A DNA stretch of 64,000 bases from Candidatus Latescibacterota bacterium (GTDB lineage Bacteria; Latescibacterota; UBA2968; GCA-2709665). The notes beneath the pieces are model-generated. The model ran no database searches. It saw nothing but the letters and a program-made list of their open reading frames with translations, and was not told the origin of the DNA. Where the stretch lies: assembly GCA_965226795.1 (NCBI GenBank), contig CBDDDZ010000005.1, positions 992,001 through 1,056,000 on the forward strand, written 5' to 3'. This document shows positions 31,042 to 41,487 of this stretch, piece after piece (positions within the stretch are counted from its first letter, which is position 1; each line of letters opens with the position of its first letter). The position numbers were made by a program, and so were the translations under genes.

Positions 31042-31164
31042 CTAAGCTTGTCGAAGTGGCCTGTCGGAGCAAGCCTGTCGAAAGGAACGTGTCGAAATGT
31101 GGACGCTGAGCTTGTCGAAGCGCCCGCGTTTTGCAACCCGTCGCCGACCCTCCGACAGGCTCAG
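31042..31164. repeat. Cluster of REP-like repeats (CTGAGCYTGTCGAAG family)
   Basis: Copies at 31042 (CTAAGCTTGTCGAAG), ~31070 (CAAGCCTGTCGAA) and 31106 (CTGAGCTTGTCGAAG), plus an inverted copy at 31150 (CTCCGACAGGCTCAG). Confidence 0.6.
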
Positions 31165-31257
31165 GACTAGGCTTGGGGAGCGGCTCAGGGTTCAGGTGCC
31201 TTGCGATTCGGGCGATTCGACGGTAAAATGCCAGCAATCTAACGCTGGGACTTAACG

Positions 31258-32514
31258 CTAGCGATGATGGAATCCGTGACCCAACTCAAAGCGGATGCCT
31301 ATTACCAGCGCATTTTCGAGCGTCCGATCGGCGCCGGGGTTGATGATATATTGAATGTCCGGCTGGATCTTCAACCTGTCGTTGATCCGCACAAGATACG
31401 ATAATTCGATTGCTGTTTCGTGGCTACGTGCGCTGTTGGCGGCCCGAAAAGCATCGCCGCACCGCGCCATGGCGATTCCGAATTGGTCGCCCGGCCGTCC
31501 GGGGTTAAACCCCGATAGGACGGTTCCGACGCCGACGTAGCTCCCGAAGGGATTGAGCGCGTCGTTGGCGGTTCCGTAGCGAATGAAGGCTGATACGGAC
31601 CGACGTTTGGCGGGGTCCACGTAGGGCGTACCTTCGGCGAATCCGTACCAGCCGGCATTGCCGTCCCGGCGCACGGGATTCCCCCAATCGTCGGTTTCAC
31701 GAAGCGTATGGAACTCGGCACTATAAGAGAATGCCCCGAGCCCTATCCGAAACGCGCCGGAGAATCCGCGGGTGTACTCGATGGCATGCAGAACGCCCTC
31801 GCGGCTGCTCAACTTGATTGCGGTGGCCGAGGGATTTGCGGGATCGCCCGGGACGGCGTCGAGCAGCGCGTAACGTATGATATTATCGTTGTCAATCTCC
31901 CACTGCAGGCGCGCGGACAGGGACGTGAAGGGGAATACCGACGGCCCGCGCTCCCCGGTCTGGGAATAGGTGGGCACGATGCCGTGCGACCCGTTCAGAA
32001 ACATGGCCGCCGAATTGACGACGTCGAACTCGCTGTTGAGATCGTAGAGTCCGAATTTCAGATTCAGCCCATCCGTAAAGGGATGTTGATACCAGAATTC
32101 GTACAGTCGGAAAGCCTGCTCCGCGTCGATATTGGAAACGACCTGCGTGTCGCCGGAATAACGGTCCGAAAACGTCGACGGGTTGTTCCAGAGCAGATAG
32201 GCGAATATCGATCCGCATTTCGGAACCAGAACCCGCCCCAGGTCCAATGTGATCATTGCATCGATGTTCTGCAGATAGGCGGAGCCGTTCCTGATCCCCC
32301 CGGAGGCGTTGTGGAAAAAATCCCCGATGTACCCGAATTCCGTAGTGACAGCCTCGGAATCGCCCTTTGGCTCCGCGGCTGCGGGGTCCGGTGCGGCGGA
32401 GCCGATCAGCAGCGTGCAGAATACAACACGCCGAAATCTGAACGTGGGTCCGTCTCTGAATATTCCCGATCCGGCTCTCACACTGGCGATGAATCTTCGC
32501 AGGATCGTAATCAT
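31258..32514 (-). CDS. Carbohydrate-selective porin, OprB family
   Basis: SNIDA...RLYEFWYQ...KFGLYDLNSEFD...FLNGSHG, IQPDIQYIINPG. Confidence 0.85.
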   Translation of the reverse strand: MITILRRFIASVRAGSGIFRDGPTFRFRRVVFCTLLIGSAAPDPAAAEPKGDSEAVTTEFGYIGDFFHNASGGIRNGSAYLQNIDAMITLDLGRVLVPKCGSIFAYLLWNNPSTFSDRYSGDTQVVSNIDAEQAFRLYEFWYQHPFTDGLNLKFGLYDLNSEFDVVNSAAMFLNGSHGIVPTYSQTGERGPSVFPFTSLSARLQWEIDNDNIIRYALLDAVPGDPANPSATAIKLSSREGVLHAIEYTRGFSGAFRIGLGAFSYSAEFHTLRETDDWGNPVRRDGNAGWYGFAEGTPYVDPAKRRSVSAFIRYGTANDALNPFGSYVGVGTVLSGFNPGRPGDQFGIAMARCGDAFRAANSARSHETAIELSYLVRINDRLKIQPDIQYIINPGADRTLENALVIGIRFELGHGFHHR

Positions 32515-32637
32515 AGGCGTACTCTTCGGTTGATGCCCGTTAAGGGTGTACAGTTGTTTCCAGGGTTATGGTTTAGCTGCGTTTTTCAGGTCCGGCGCCC
32601 GCCGATGTCTTCGCGACCGGTCGTAGAGCTGCTCTTC

Positions 32638-33552
32638 TTAGAATGTGAGTACGAATGTCTGCGAGCTGTATCCGGCGAAGATACCGTACCCGTTCTCGAC
32701 GTTGCTGTAAATCCTGACTGGTTCGGCAAAGGGGTTGTCGACCGTAGTTTCGTGGAGAAGGGCGCTCTTAAGGTGTCTGTAATAATTCTCACTTACGTGG
32801 CGGACCTGGAGCCACATTACGCGCTCCAGGCTTGCCTCAACCGCAAGGTCAACGGACGATACCTCAATTTCGTGCGATTCACCGTCGAACAGGGCATCGC
32901 TGAAAAACGGCTCGGAACCTGTGAACGGCTCAACGCCCTCGGTGACGGGATCTTCAATCCGGTTGTCGGCGATGATGGATGGATCTCTTGTGGAAAAATG
33001 CAGGTCGCGTCTTCCCGATCGGCCGGGAGCAATGACGCGAATCTGATATCGGTTTTCCTCACCGGGTGGATCCTGAATTTGAAGAGTGATCCGGAATTCG
33101 GTGACCGTCGAAACGCCGGGTTCCCCGGGAACAGGATCGGAGGTCTCCACGCGATACGATTCGATGGCAGTCGGTGCGGGTGGGGGTGCGCTGTCAGTCG
33201 CATGGACGGTCTCAAAGCCCGGTGCTGACACCTGCAACGAGTATGACCTGCCCGCTTGCAGGAATTTTTCGCTTGCATACACCCTTTCCCGGTCGAGAAA
33301 GGTCAACCGATCGATGATCTGGCCATCTGAAAGCAGTTCCACACTGGCGCCGCTGACCAATCGCTCGGGTCCGGGCGAGGGGTCCAGAATGCCTACGGAC
33401 CGACTGACGGATGCCGCCCATCCTCCGTCCGGAGTGAAGAAGGCCTTTATCACCAGTCGAGGCGTGTGTTCAGGCAAATCCGGGTTGATGATTAACTCGC
33501 ATCCTGAGAACGCGAGGACGAGAATCGAGACGCTGAAGAATGTGTTCTTCAT
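32638..33552 (-). CDS. DUF4249 family lipoprotein
   Basis: Lipobox FSGC. C-terminal FAEPVRIYSNVENGYGIFAG. Lies downstream of a TonB-dependent receptor. Confidence 0.8.
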   Translation of the reverse strand: MKNTFFSVSILVLAFSGCELIINPDLPEHTPRLVIKAFFTPDGGWAASVSRSVGILDPSPGPERLVSGASVELLSDGQIIDRLTFLDRERVYASEKFLQAGRSYSLQVSAPGFETVHATDSAPPPAPTAIESYRVETSDPVPGEPGVSTVTEFRITLQIQDPPGEENRYQIRVIAPGRSGRRDLHFSTRDPSIIADNRIEDPVTEGVEPFTGSEPFFSDALFDGESHEIEVSSVDLAVEASLERVMWLQVRHVSENYYRHLKSALLHETTVDNPFAEPVRIYSNVENGYGIFAGYSSQTFVLTF

Positions 33553-33568
33553 GGCTGGACCTCGACGA

Positions 33569-36082
33569 TCAGTACTTGAACCGGTAGCTGAGCCAGGGGA
33601 GAAGCGGGAACAGGGTCACCTGTTTGGCCTGGTACTCTCTGGAAACGCCAGAAGGATCGAAATGGTCCTCAAAGTAAATGAAATAGGGGTTTTTCCGATT
33701 GTAGGCATTGTAGATCCCCACACGAAATCCGTGCCGTTGCCAGTCGAAGTTGAACCCGAAATCAAAGCGGTGGTAGGCCGCCATGCGGAAGCCGTTGCGT
33801 TCTTCGTAGATCCTGGTTTCAAAGGGCAGCACGCGAGGGGTCCAGAGTTCGTGTCCCCCTATCGATCCCCTGACGTACTCATCATAGTAACGCGCGACGG
33901 GTATGGTAATCGCATTGCCGGTTCCGTACACCCAGTTCAGCGAGGCATTGGTGATTCGCGTGAGTTGATGGGTCAAGACCAGCGCCACGTCGTGACGGCG
34001 GTCGTAGCGAAAGGGGAATTCCCGTCCCTCATTCAGTTCGGCGAAACGGCGCCTGGTCCATGAAAGCGTATACCCGATCCAGCCCGTTGTGCGGCCGCGC
34101 TTCTTTTGCACGAACGCTTCGACGCCGTAGGACCATCCACGCCCCGTTTCCACCTTGTCCTGCCAGTCCTGGTGGTCGCCGAACCCTGCCAGAAAGGTCG
34201 CGCCTTCCCGGTACTCGATCAGGTCGGTCATGGTCTTGTGATAGGCCTCCAGGCTGAATTCGTACTGTCCCTGCTTCAACGCTCCCGCCAGGCCGAGGCC
34301 GAACTGCCGCGACCCCTCGGGACGCGCGCGATCGGTGGCCGGCAGCCAAAGGTCGGTGGGGAGACCGATGGTGCTGTTGGAGAGCAGATGGATATACTGG
34401 CGCATCCGAGCATAGGACGCTTTAAGGGCCCATCGCGGGTTCATAAGGAAACGTGTCGAAACCCTGGGCTGCAAGGATCCGAAGTGCGAGCCGTCCACAG
34501 TGAAGCCGGAGGCGTGCAGCCCCACGTTGGCTCTCACGCGTTGGGAGAGGCGGACGTCGTCCTCCAGGTAAAGTCCGTACTCCATTGCATCCGTCGCCTG
34601 GGAAGCGCCAAGGGTTGTATCCTCCGGAGCGCCGCTGGCGGGATTGAACCTGTACTGCGCCGCTCCGGGACTGTAGGTGTGATACGTGCTGGTGCCTCCA
34701 AAGCGGAGATAATGATCGGGATTGGGTATGTAGTCGAGATCCAGTTTCAGGCCGAAGTCCCGGATGCCTGAGTGGTAGCGTAGGCTGAGGGTCTCGGTCT
34801 CGTGGACGTCCTCGTCGCTTGTCGTGGACCGATCGTCGATATCTGAGGAAAGCTGATAGCGGCTGTAGATCGCTGTCAGGTTGCCGAAAAGGCGGTTGGT
34901 AAAGAGGATGTTCCAACGCAGCGTGGAAGTGAAGTTGCCCCATCCGAGTTCTGCCGACGTCGCTTCTTCGCTTTGGAAGTCGCCGGATGTGTATTCGTTT
35001 CGCATATCGCTCCAGAATCGGTCGTTCCCGCCGTAGAAGCTGAGGAAAACGCGGCTTCTCTGCGATATCTTGTGGTTGACTTTCGCGTTAAGATCGTAGA
35101 AATAGTAGCCGCCCCGCTCGTCCGGGTTGAGAAAGGGGCGGATCAGCAGATCGACATACGTCCGTCGCGCCGAAACGATGAACGAGGTCCGGTCCTTGCG
35201 TATCGGCCCCTGCAGGGTCAACTGAGAAGCCACCAGCCCGATGGAGCCGTCGACTTCGAACGATTGCATGTTGCCGTCCTTCATGGCAACCTCCAGAACG
35301 GAAGAGAGGCGCCCCCCGAACCGCGCGGGAAATCCGGCCTTTGTAAGTTGTACGTTCTTGACTGCGCTGGTGTTGAAGACAGAGAAAAAGCCGAAGAGGT
35401 GGGAGGCGTTGTAGACCGGGGCGTCGTCGAGCAGGATAAGGTTTTGATCCGGGCCGCCGCCCCGAACGTAAAGGCCGCTCATACCCTCCGAGCCGGATTG
35501 AACCCCCGGAAGAAGCTGCAGGGTCTTCATCAGGTCAACTTCGCCCATGAGGACGGGTGCGTTCTCGATCTGGCTGACGGGTACTTCGACAACGCCCATC
35601 CGGGTCTGTTCCTGGATCGGGTCCAGCCGCTCGGCCTGTATCTCTACCGTCTTCATTTCAAAGGGGAGGGGCTGGAGGGCGAAATTCAAGTGAAGGTTGC
35701 GGTCTGGGCGGATTGCCAGGGTATCGCTCCGAAACCCGATGTACGAAACCACAATCCGGAGCGAATCCGCCGGCAGGGTCAGACTGAAGAAACCGTAGCG
35801 ATTCGTCGTGGCGCCCTGCCGCAGGGTGGGTTCGTACAATGAGGCGCCAATGAGCTTCTCGCCGTTTGAGGCATCTGAGACGTACCCGCTGATCGTGTAT
35901 TCCGTGCGAGGTTGCGCGTGGGCGTCGAATGCTAAACCGAGCAAGAGGATCGGCACACATCCGCGAAGAGACGGGAGAAACGCCCTAACCACGGAAATAG
36001 CGGCAATATTCGCGGAAGAAAATCGTAAGATGAAGTTTATCCGGAGGAATTTCTGGACAGTCGCGCGGTTCATTGCACTCAA
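33569..36082 (-). CDS. TonB-dependent receptor with N-terminal carboxypeptidase-regulatory-like domain
   Basis: TISGYVSDASNGEKLIGAS, plug LQLLPGVQ..YVRGGGPDQNLILLD, C-terminal YNAYNRKN. True start may be downstream. Confidence 0.9.
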   Translation of the reverse strand: MSAMNRATVQKFLRINFILRFSSANIAAISVVRAFLPSLRGCVPILLLGLAFDAHAQPRTEYTISGYVSDASNGEKLIGASLYEPTLRQGATTNRYGFFSLTLPADSLRIVVSYIGFRSDTLAIRPDRNLHLNFALQPLPFEMKTVEIQAERLDPIQEQTRMGVVEVPVSQIENAPVLMGEVDLMKTLQLLPGVQSGSEGMSGLYVRGGGPDQNLILLDDAPVYNASHLFGFFSVFNTSAVKNVQLTKAGFPARFGGRLSSVLEVAMKDGNMQSFEVDGSIGLVASQLTLQGPIRKDRTSFIVSARRTYVDLLIRPFLNPDERGGYYFYDLNAKVNHKISQRSRVFLSFYGGNDRFWSDMRNEYTSGDFQSEEATSAELGWGNFTSTLRWNILFTNRLFGNLTAIYSRYQLSSDIDDRSTTSDEDVHETETLSLRYHSGIRDFGLKLDLDYIPNPDHYLRFGGTSTYHTYSPGAAQYRFNPASGAPEDTTLGASQATDAMEYGLYLEDDVRLSQRVRANVGLHASGFTVDGSHFGSLQPRVSTRFLMNPRWALKASYARMRQYIHLLSNSTIGLPTDLWLPATDRARPEGSRQFGLGLAGALKQGQYEFSLEAYHKTMTDLIEYREGATFLAGFGDHQDWQDKVETGRGWSYGVEAFVQKKRGRTTGWIGYTLSWTRRRFAELNEGREFPFRYDRRHDVALVLTHQLTRITNASLNWVYGTGNAITIPVARYYDEYVRGSIGGHELWTPRVLPFETRIYEERNGFRMAAYHRFDFGFNFDWQRHGFRVGIYNAYNRKNPYFIYFEDHFDPSGVSREYQAKQVTLFPLLPWLSYRFKY

Positions 36083-36196
36083 TTAGGATTGAAGCTTCCG
36101 CCTCTATAATGGTAGGGACCGAAGCGTAGGTGCGATTGCGCTTGACGATGATTTCGCGCAATCGAATGGAAGTTTTGGCCGCGGGCGGGGGTGCCC

Positions 36197-37204
36197 TCAA
36201 ACAATCCACACCTGCTCCAACAGGCGCATCCAGTTGCCGCCAAGCAGCATTGTAATCTCACCGGCGTTGTAGCCCCGGTTGGCGAGCGCATCCGCGATGT
36301 TCGGGAACTCCGACGGCGTGGCGATGCCCTCGGGCTGGAAGCTGAGTTCGGTGTACGGGATCGAGCCGTCCGCGAACGTGGACGGGAACTTGGTTCCCTG
36401 TTGGGATCCGAGATAGTGCCAGAATTCGAGGGGTTGGTCGTGGGTGGCATCCGTGCCGATGGCGACGTGGTCGAGGCCGACCCGCTCTACCATATCGTCG
36501 ATCGCGTCGACGAAATCGTCAACGGTGGAATCGAACCCGCGGGGAAGAAAGGGCGCGAACGACGTCGCGCCCACGACACCCCCTTTTTCGGCCAGGCGTT
36601 TCAGCGCTTCATCTTCCTTGTTTCGCGGATGGTCGCAGAAACTGCGGGCGTTGGCGTGGGTGATGGCGACTGGTTGTTCGGACATTTCAATCGCGTCCAG
36701 CGTTGTCCGGGGACCCACGTGCGACAGATCGATGAGTATGCCGAGGCTGTTCATCTCACGCACGGCATCGACGCCGAAATTGCTGAGACCGGCATCATTT
36801 CGTTCCCAGCAACCGCTGCCCAGAAGGTTGGTCTCGTGGTAGGTGAGTTGGATCACCCGCACCCCGAGCGCGAGGAACAGGCCCAGGCGATCCAGTTCGT
36901 TTTCGATCGGCGAGGCGTTCTGGAATCCGAGAATAATCCCTGTCTTGCCCTGCTGCTTGGCCGAATAAATGTCGGATGTCGATTTCACCTGCAGGATGTC
37001 GTCGCGCTCCCGGAACCGTCGCATCCATGCCGTGAGATGAGCCATGGTCTGTATGAAGTTCTGCCACGTGGACACGGTGGCGTTTATTGCCGTGAAATTG
37101 CCGGCGCGAAATTGCCGGAACACGGCATCGCTTTCCCAGTTGCAGATGGTTAACCCGTCGATCACAATTGCGTCGTCGTAGATTTCCCTCGGATGCGCTG
37201 CCAC
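36197..37204 (-). CDS. Membrane dipeptidase (peptidase M19) family protein
   Basis: IVIDG, GVRVIQLTY, IDLSHVG, THAN..HPRNK, VAIGTD, LGGNWMR. Confidence 0.87.
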   Translation of the reverse strand: MAAHPREIYDDAIVIDGLTICNWESDAVFRQFRAGNFTAINATVSTWQNFIQTMAHLTAWMRRFRERDDILQVKSTSDIYSAKQQGKTGIILGFQNASPIENELDRLGLFLALGVRVIQLTYHETNLLGSGCWERNDAGLSNFGVDAVREMNSLGILIDLSHVGPRTTLDAIEMSEQPVAITHANARSFCDHPRNKEDEALKRLAEKGGVVGATSFAPFLPRGFDSTVDDFVDAIDDMVERVGLDHVAIGTDATHDQPLEFWHYLGSQQGTKFPSTFADGSIPYTELSFQPEGIATPSEFPNIADALANRGYNAGEITMLLGGNWMRLLEQVWIV

Positions 37205-37216
37205 AAGATGACCCCC

Positions 37217-38347
37217 TTACTCGAAGCGTTTTCCAATCCTGAACAGATCGCCCAGCGGGTTCTCACGGTCTTCAAGCGCATCGGCGATCACGGGACCGAT
37301 GGCGCCGCCGAATTTGAATCCATGGCCGCATCCGCAGCCCGCAATCAACACCCGCTTATATCCCTGGGCCCAGTCGATGACGAACTCCTCGTCCGCCATA
37401 TTGGCCATGTTGGTATAGAGGCAGGATCGGCCGCCAACCAGTTGCGCAGCACTCAGGCCCGGGATGCGACAGGCGACGAATTCCCGGGCCCACGCCAGAA
37501 ACTTGGGGGTCGGTTCACGCGGGACGTCCACCGCGGCATCGTCCCATTTGCTGTCTTCCGCCACCTTCACGAACCCCTCGTGCAGATATGGGAACCCATA
37601 CCAGAGGTTGCCGGGTGAAAGGATAGACCATACCGGGAAACGGGTCCGTTCGAACGGCGCTGGATCATCCGGCGCGAAGAAAGCCATTTGTTGCCGCGTG
37701 ATTCGCACCCGTTTCTCCATGGCCGACAGGAGTTCGGCCACCCATGGGCCGGCCGCTACGACGGCGCGGTCGCAGTCCTGCCATTCCGCGTCCGATCGGA
37801 CTCTGGCGCCCGTTGGCGTCTCTTCCACTGCGGTGACTCGGGTGTTCTCGCGGATGGTCACTCCCGCGTCGCGCGCCAGCGTCGCCAGATCCTCCAGCGC
37901 CTGGCCGCTGCGCAGGTAGCCGGCCCAGGGGTCGAAGAAAATCCGGTCCTGGTCGCTTACCCTAAACTGAGGAAATCGCTCGCCCGCCTGGCTGGCCGTG
38001 AGCTCATAGACGTCTTTTCCCATCCGGCTCAGTGTCTCCCAGCCCGCGTGGGCTTCGTGGTCCGATTCCAGGTCGCGCGCCACGATCAGCTTGCCGTGCT
38101 GGAAGTAAATCGACTGGCTCGTACGGTTGTGCCACTCACGCCATTGTGCCGCAGCTCGCGTTACGAGTTCCACGTATGTCTCATTCGGGTAGTTCGTGCG
38201 GCGAATCACTTTGGATACATCCGAGCTGGACGCCTCCGGGTTGGGGATTTCACCGCGTTCGATCAGCGTTACGTCGTGGCCCCGGTTTCGCAACTCCAGC
38301 GCCGCAGCCATACCAAATATTCCGGCGCCGACAATGCAGATCTTCAT
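37217..38347 (-). CDS. FAD-dependent oxidoreductase, sarcosine/N-methylamino-acid oxidase family
   Basis: IVGAGIFG, ASSSDVSKVIR, CLYT, GHGFKFG. Confidence 0.85.
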   Translation of the reverse strand: MKICIVGAGIFGMAAALELRNRGHDVTLIERGEIPNPEASSSDVSKVIRRTNYPNETYVELVTRAAAQWREWHNRTSQSIYFQHGKLIVARDLESDHEAHAGWETLSRMGKDVYELTASQAGERFPQFRVSDQDRIFFDPWAGYLRSGQALEDLATLARDAGVTIRENTRVTAVEETPTGARVRSDAEWQDCDRAVVAAGPWVAELLSAMEKRVRITRQQMAFFAPDDPAPFERTRFPVWSILSPGNLWYGFPYLHEGFVKVAEDSKWDDAAVDVPREPTPKFLAWAREFVACRIPGLSAAQLVGGRSCLYTNMANMADEEFVIDWAQGYKRVLIAGCGCGHGFKFGGAIGPVIADALEDRENPLGDLFRIGKRFE

Positions 38348-38569
38348 GAAGCGCTCAAAGGTGGAGGGTGATGTTTTTCGTGCGCCCACACAAGTAGGCT
38401 GCGATGCCGCAGCCCTCTTAACGCGAAGGCTCAGGGGTCGCAACTCGCTCCAGACCAGTTGACGAGATTGCGTATGGATTGTTTAATGGCCACGTTCGGG
38501 AGCTTCAGAAATGTAGCGAGGACAGGTTCAGCGACGATTCGCCCATCGCGATGCAGCACCGCTAATCGA

Positions 38570-39448
38570 TCACACATCTACGCCCGACCGCAGCAGCAAA
38601 TCCGGTATCATGTCGGTAAACTCATCCTGTCCCCGGTCACCCCCATCCCGGAACCGGACGATGAGGTCTCTGACCAGCGGACTGACCTCCAGCGGTACCT
38701 CGAGTTCTGACCCAATCTCAACCCCCAGACGCATATCCTTCACCGCCAGATCAGTGGTTGAGCCCATTTGACCGCTGTTCAAGAACAGCGAAAGGGTGCG
38801 TTCAAACACCCTGCTTTGCCCCATACTCGCCTTAACCGCATCCAGCAACAGTTGCAGATCGATCCCGGCCTTGGCACTTATCGCCACGCCCTCGCACACA
38901 CCGATGAAGTTGACGAACATCATCAGGTTGTTGATCAGCTTAATCACATTCCCGGATCCGGCGGGTCCCATGTGGACGATCTTGTTGCCGATAGTCTCCA
39001 ACACCGGCTGCACCCGCTCCAGATCCTCCGCATCACCACCCACAAATAGCGTGAGCGTAGCATCCTGCGCGCCAAAGATGCCACCGCTGACCGGCGCGTC
39101 GAGAACGTGCAAGCCCCGTTCCGCTCCGAGCGCGAAAATGCGGCGCATCGCGGACGGTGCGATGGTGCTGGTGTCGACATAGGTCGATCCCTCGGCCAGA
39201 CCAGCAAACACCCCGTCGTCACCCAACACTACCTGCTCGACCGCCTCGGTGCTGGGCAAGGAGGATAACACCACTTCGGATCGAACCGCCACCGCCTTCG
39301 CGTTTTCAGCCCAGGTCGCGCCCGCCGCCTCGAGGTCGTGGCCAGTCTGACGCCGGGTATCATGGATGGTCAAGGGGTGCTCGGCATCCAGGATATTGGC
39401 CGCCATCGGCTGTCCCATATTACCCAGACCAATGAACCCGACTCTCAT
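38570..39448 (-). CDS. 3-hydroxyisobutyrate dehydrogenase family NAD(P)-dependent oxidoreductase
   Basis: GFIGLGNMG, LDAPVSGG, KLINN. Confidence 0.87.
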   Translation of the reverse strand: MRVGFIGLGNMGQPMAANILDAEHPLTIHDTRRQTGHDLEAAGATWAENAKAVAVRSEVVLSSLPSTEAVEQVVLGDDGVFAGLAEGSTYVDTSTIAPSAMRRIFALGAERGLHVLDAPVSGGIFGAQDATLTLFVGGDAEDLERVQPVLETIGNKIVHMGPAGSGNVIKLINNLMMFVNFIGVCEGVAISAKAGIDLQLLLDAVKASMGQSRVFERTLSLFLNSGQMGSTTDLAVKDMRLGVEIGSELEVPLEVSPLVRDLIVRFRDGGDRGQDEFTDMIPDLLLRSGVDV

Positions 39449-39466
39449 GTGAGTCCCTTTTCGAAG

Positions 39467-39856
39467 CTAGCGCTGTTCTTCATGGGTGTCAAATTTGGCC
39501 GGCATGGTGATTTCGATCACTTCCCAATCATCGGAGTATTCGAGAACTTCATGCCTGATACCGGGTGGCTGATACCACGCGTCACCCGCTTCGACCCGAA
39601 TCTCGCCGATGTCCTCGAAGTAGAGGCGGGCCCACCCGTTGATCAGATAGACCATCTGAAAATCCAGATCGTGTGAGTGATAGCCCAACGGTCCGGTACA
39701 TGGTTGCCGGGCGCGGATGATGTGGGCCAGAACTCTTCCCTCCGTGGCGTCCTTGATACCCAGATCCCGATAGGTAAAATAGGGACGCAACCCCTCCTGC
39801 GTCCAGAGGGCATCTTTGGCGTGTGCGGCGAACGACTTGACCTTTTTCTTAGACAT
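39467..39856 (-). CDS. Cupin domain protein
   Basis: HSHDLDFQMVY...GDAWYQPPGIRH. Confidence 0.85.
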   Translation of the reverse strand: MSKKKVKSFAAHAKDALWTQEGLRPYFTYRDLGIKDATEGRVLAHIIRARQPCTGPLGYHSHDLDFQMVYLINGWARLYFEDIGEIRVEAGDAWYQPPGIRHEVLEYSDDWEVIEITMPAKFDTHEEQR

Positions 39857-40231
39857 AGTACAACTCCTGTGTTGCAGGGGATGCCAATGGTTGATGGCGG
39901 AACAAACTCGTCGGCGGACCGGCCGAAAGATTGCCTATTAATTGTGCGCCAAACCCGCCCGGTGTGCAAGTCATTTCTACGAGTGGCGCCGGTGGCGATC
40001 TCACCGGAACATGCTGCCTGCTTTCGATGAGGTGTCCCGGTGGACGGACCCAGGAGCCCGCCAGCGAGCGGGCGCTGCGTTCATCGGGGAATCCTTGCGG
40101 ACGCCACACCGGCCGGGGTTTGTCTTTCGCCTACCGGCGCGAGACTTGACGGCCGTCGGCCGCTGCATATATTGAGGCCATCGAAATTCGCCCTTTGTCG
40201 ATCGAAAGGATCTGATATAGGTGCCGATCCT

Positions 40232-41330
40232 ATGAACATATCCTGACAAATCTGACCCCACTTCAATCGAACCCGGCCAGCCGCTTTTCCTCGTGGGATA
40301 CCAGCGGGCGAAACGACGACGCCTGGATCCTGGAGCCGGGCGAGACCCGCGTTTTGACCGCTATCGACGGCCCCGCCTGCATTACCCCGTTTTTGAATGA
40401 CCCAGCGCAACCACTACCGCGAATGCCTGTTGAAGATCACCTACGACGGCGCCGACGACCCCAGCGTCTGCGCCCGCTAGGCGGCTTCTTCGGTCTGGGC
40501 CGCGCCATTCTCAACGCCTACCAGTCGCTGCTGTTCACCGCGTCAACGAACAGCAACAATGAACTCAAAAGCGGCTGCGCTTTCAACGCCTACGTCCGCA
40601 TGCCCTTTCCCGAGGGCGTCCGCGTAGAGCTGGTGAACGAAATCGAGGAGCAGCATCGGCAGTACTTCTACGTGGATTGGGAAACCTGCCCCGATGGCCT
40701 GCCCGCAGACACATGGTATTTTCACGCCGAATTTCGTCGTGAGAACCCCTTTTGTGGCTGGGGGCGCGAAATCCGCGTGAACGGTCCCGAAGCCAATATT
40801 GTCAACAAGGGCCGGGAAGCCTGGGACAACAACTACGTCATCCTGGATGCCGAAGGGAGCGGGCACTATATCGGCTGCGACATCAGCGTGACCAAATTTC
40901 AGGTGTAATGGTGGGGTGAGGGCGACGATATGACCTGGGTGGACGGATACAGGTGACCCCCCGACCTCCACGGCACGGGCAGCGAGGACTATCTGAACCT
41001 GGCCTGGGGTATGTAACCCAACCCATTCTTACGCAATGGCTCCTCCATCTACGAGCGAGATACCGGCGGCTATAAAACCAGTTACGTTCACTATCTGGAG
41101 AATCCCGTGCGCTTCGAGCGCGAGATCAAGGTCACCATCGAGCACGGCCATGGAAACCACCTGTGCAACGAAAATAACCGCGTGGCCTAATGGTACGCCG
41201 ACTGCCCCCGCCGCGCGGTGCAGCCGCCTCCCGTCGCCCTGCGCCTGCCCGTCCGGCGGGACAACCGGGGCCGCTGGCTGCACGTCGCGCAGACCCGGAC
41301 TACGTCTCGTGCAATTCAGCCGAATGCCGA
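40232..41330 (+). pseudogene. DUF2961 / glycoside hydrolase family 172 pseudogene
   Basis: FNAYVRMPF, YFHAEFRR, then *WWGEGDDM...*PPDLHGTGSEDY...*...NPVRF..IKVTIEHGHGNH, with several stops and frameshifts. Confidence 0.8.
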
Positions 41331-41487
41331 AATGGACGCCTGCAAAGCCCGATGGAAACAGTACAATTTATTAGGTTCCGCTTAACGAGCGTCCGATCCG
41401 CGTGGTGTACGTGGGGAGCGCCGATCATCGCAGGTGCCATACTACGTGGCGCGCCCCAAGGAAGGGGACCAGGAGAATAGCAAGCCT

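Noticed and set aside
31042..31164. Possible CRISPR array
   Set aside because: Repeats are ~15 nt, degenerate, irregularly spaced and include an inverted copy. No cas genes are present.
31708..33228. 506-aa plus-strand ORF
   Set aside because: Antisense shadow of the OprB porin and DUF4249 genes, with no recognisable motifs.
40900..41200. Stop-codon recoding in the DUF2961 gene
   Set aside because: A mix of TAA and TGA stops plus frameshifts; neighbouring genes use the standard code.
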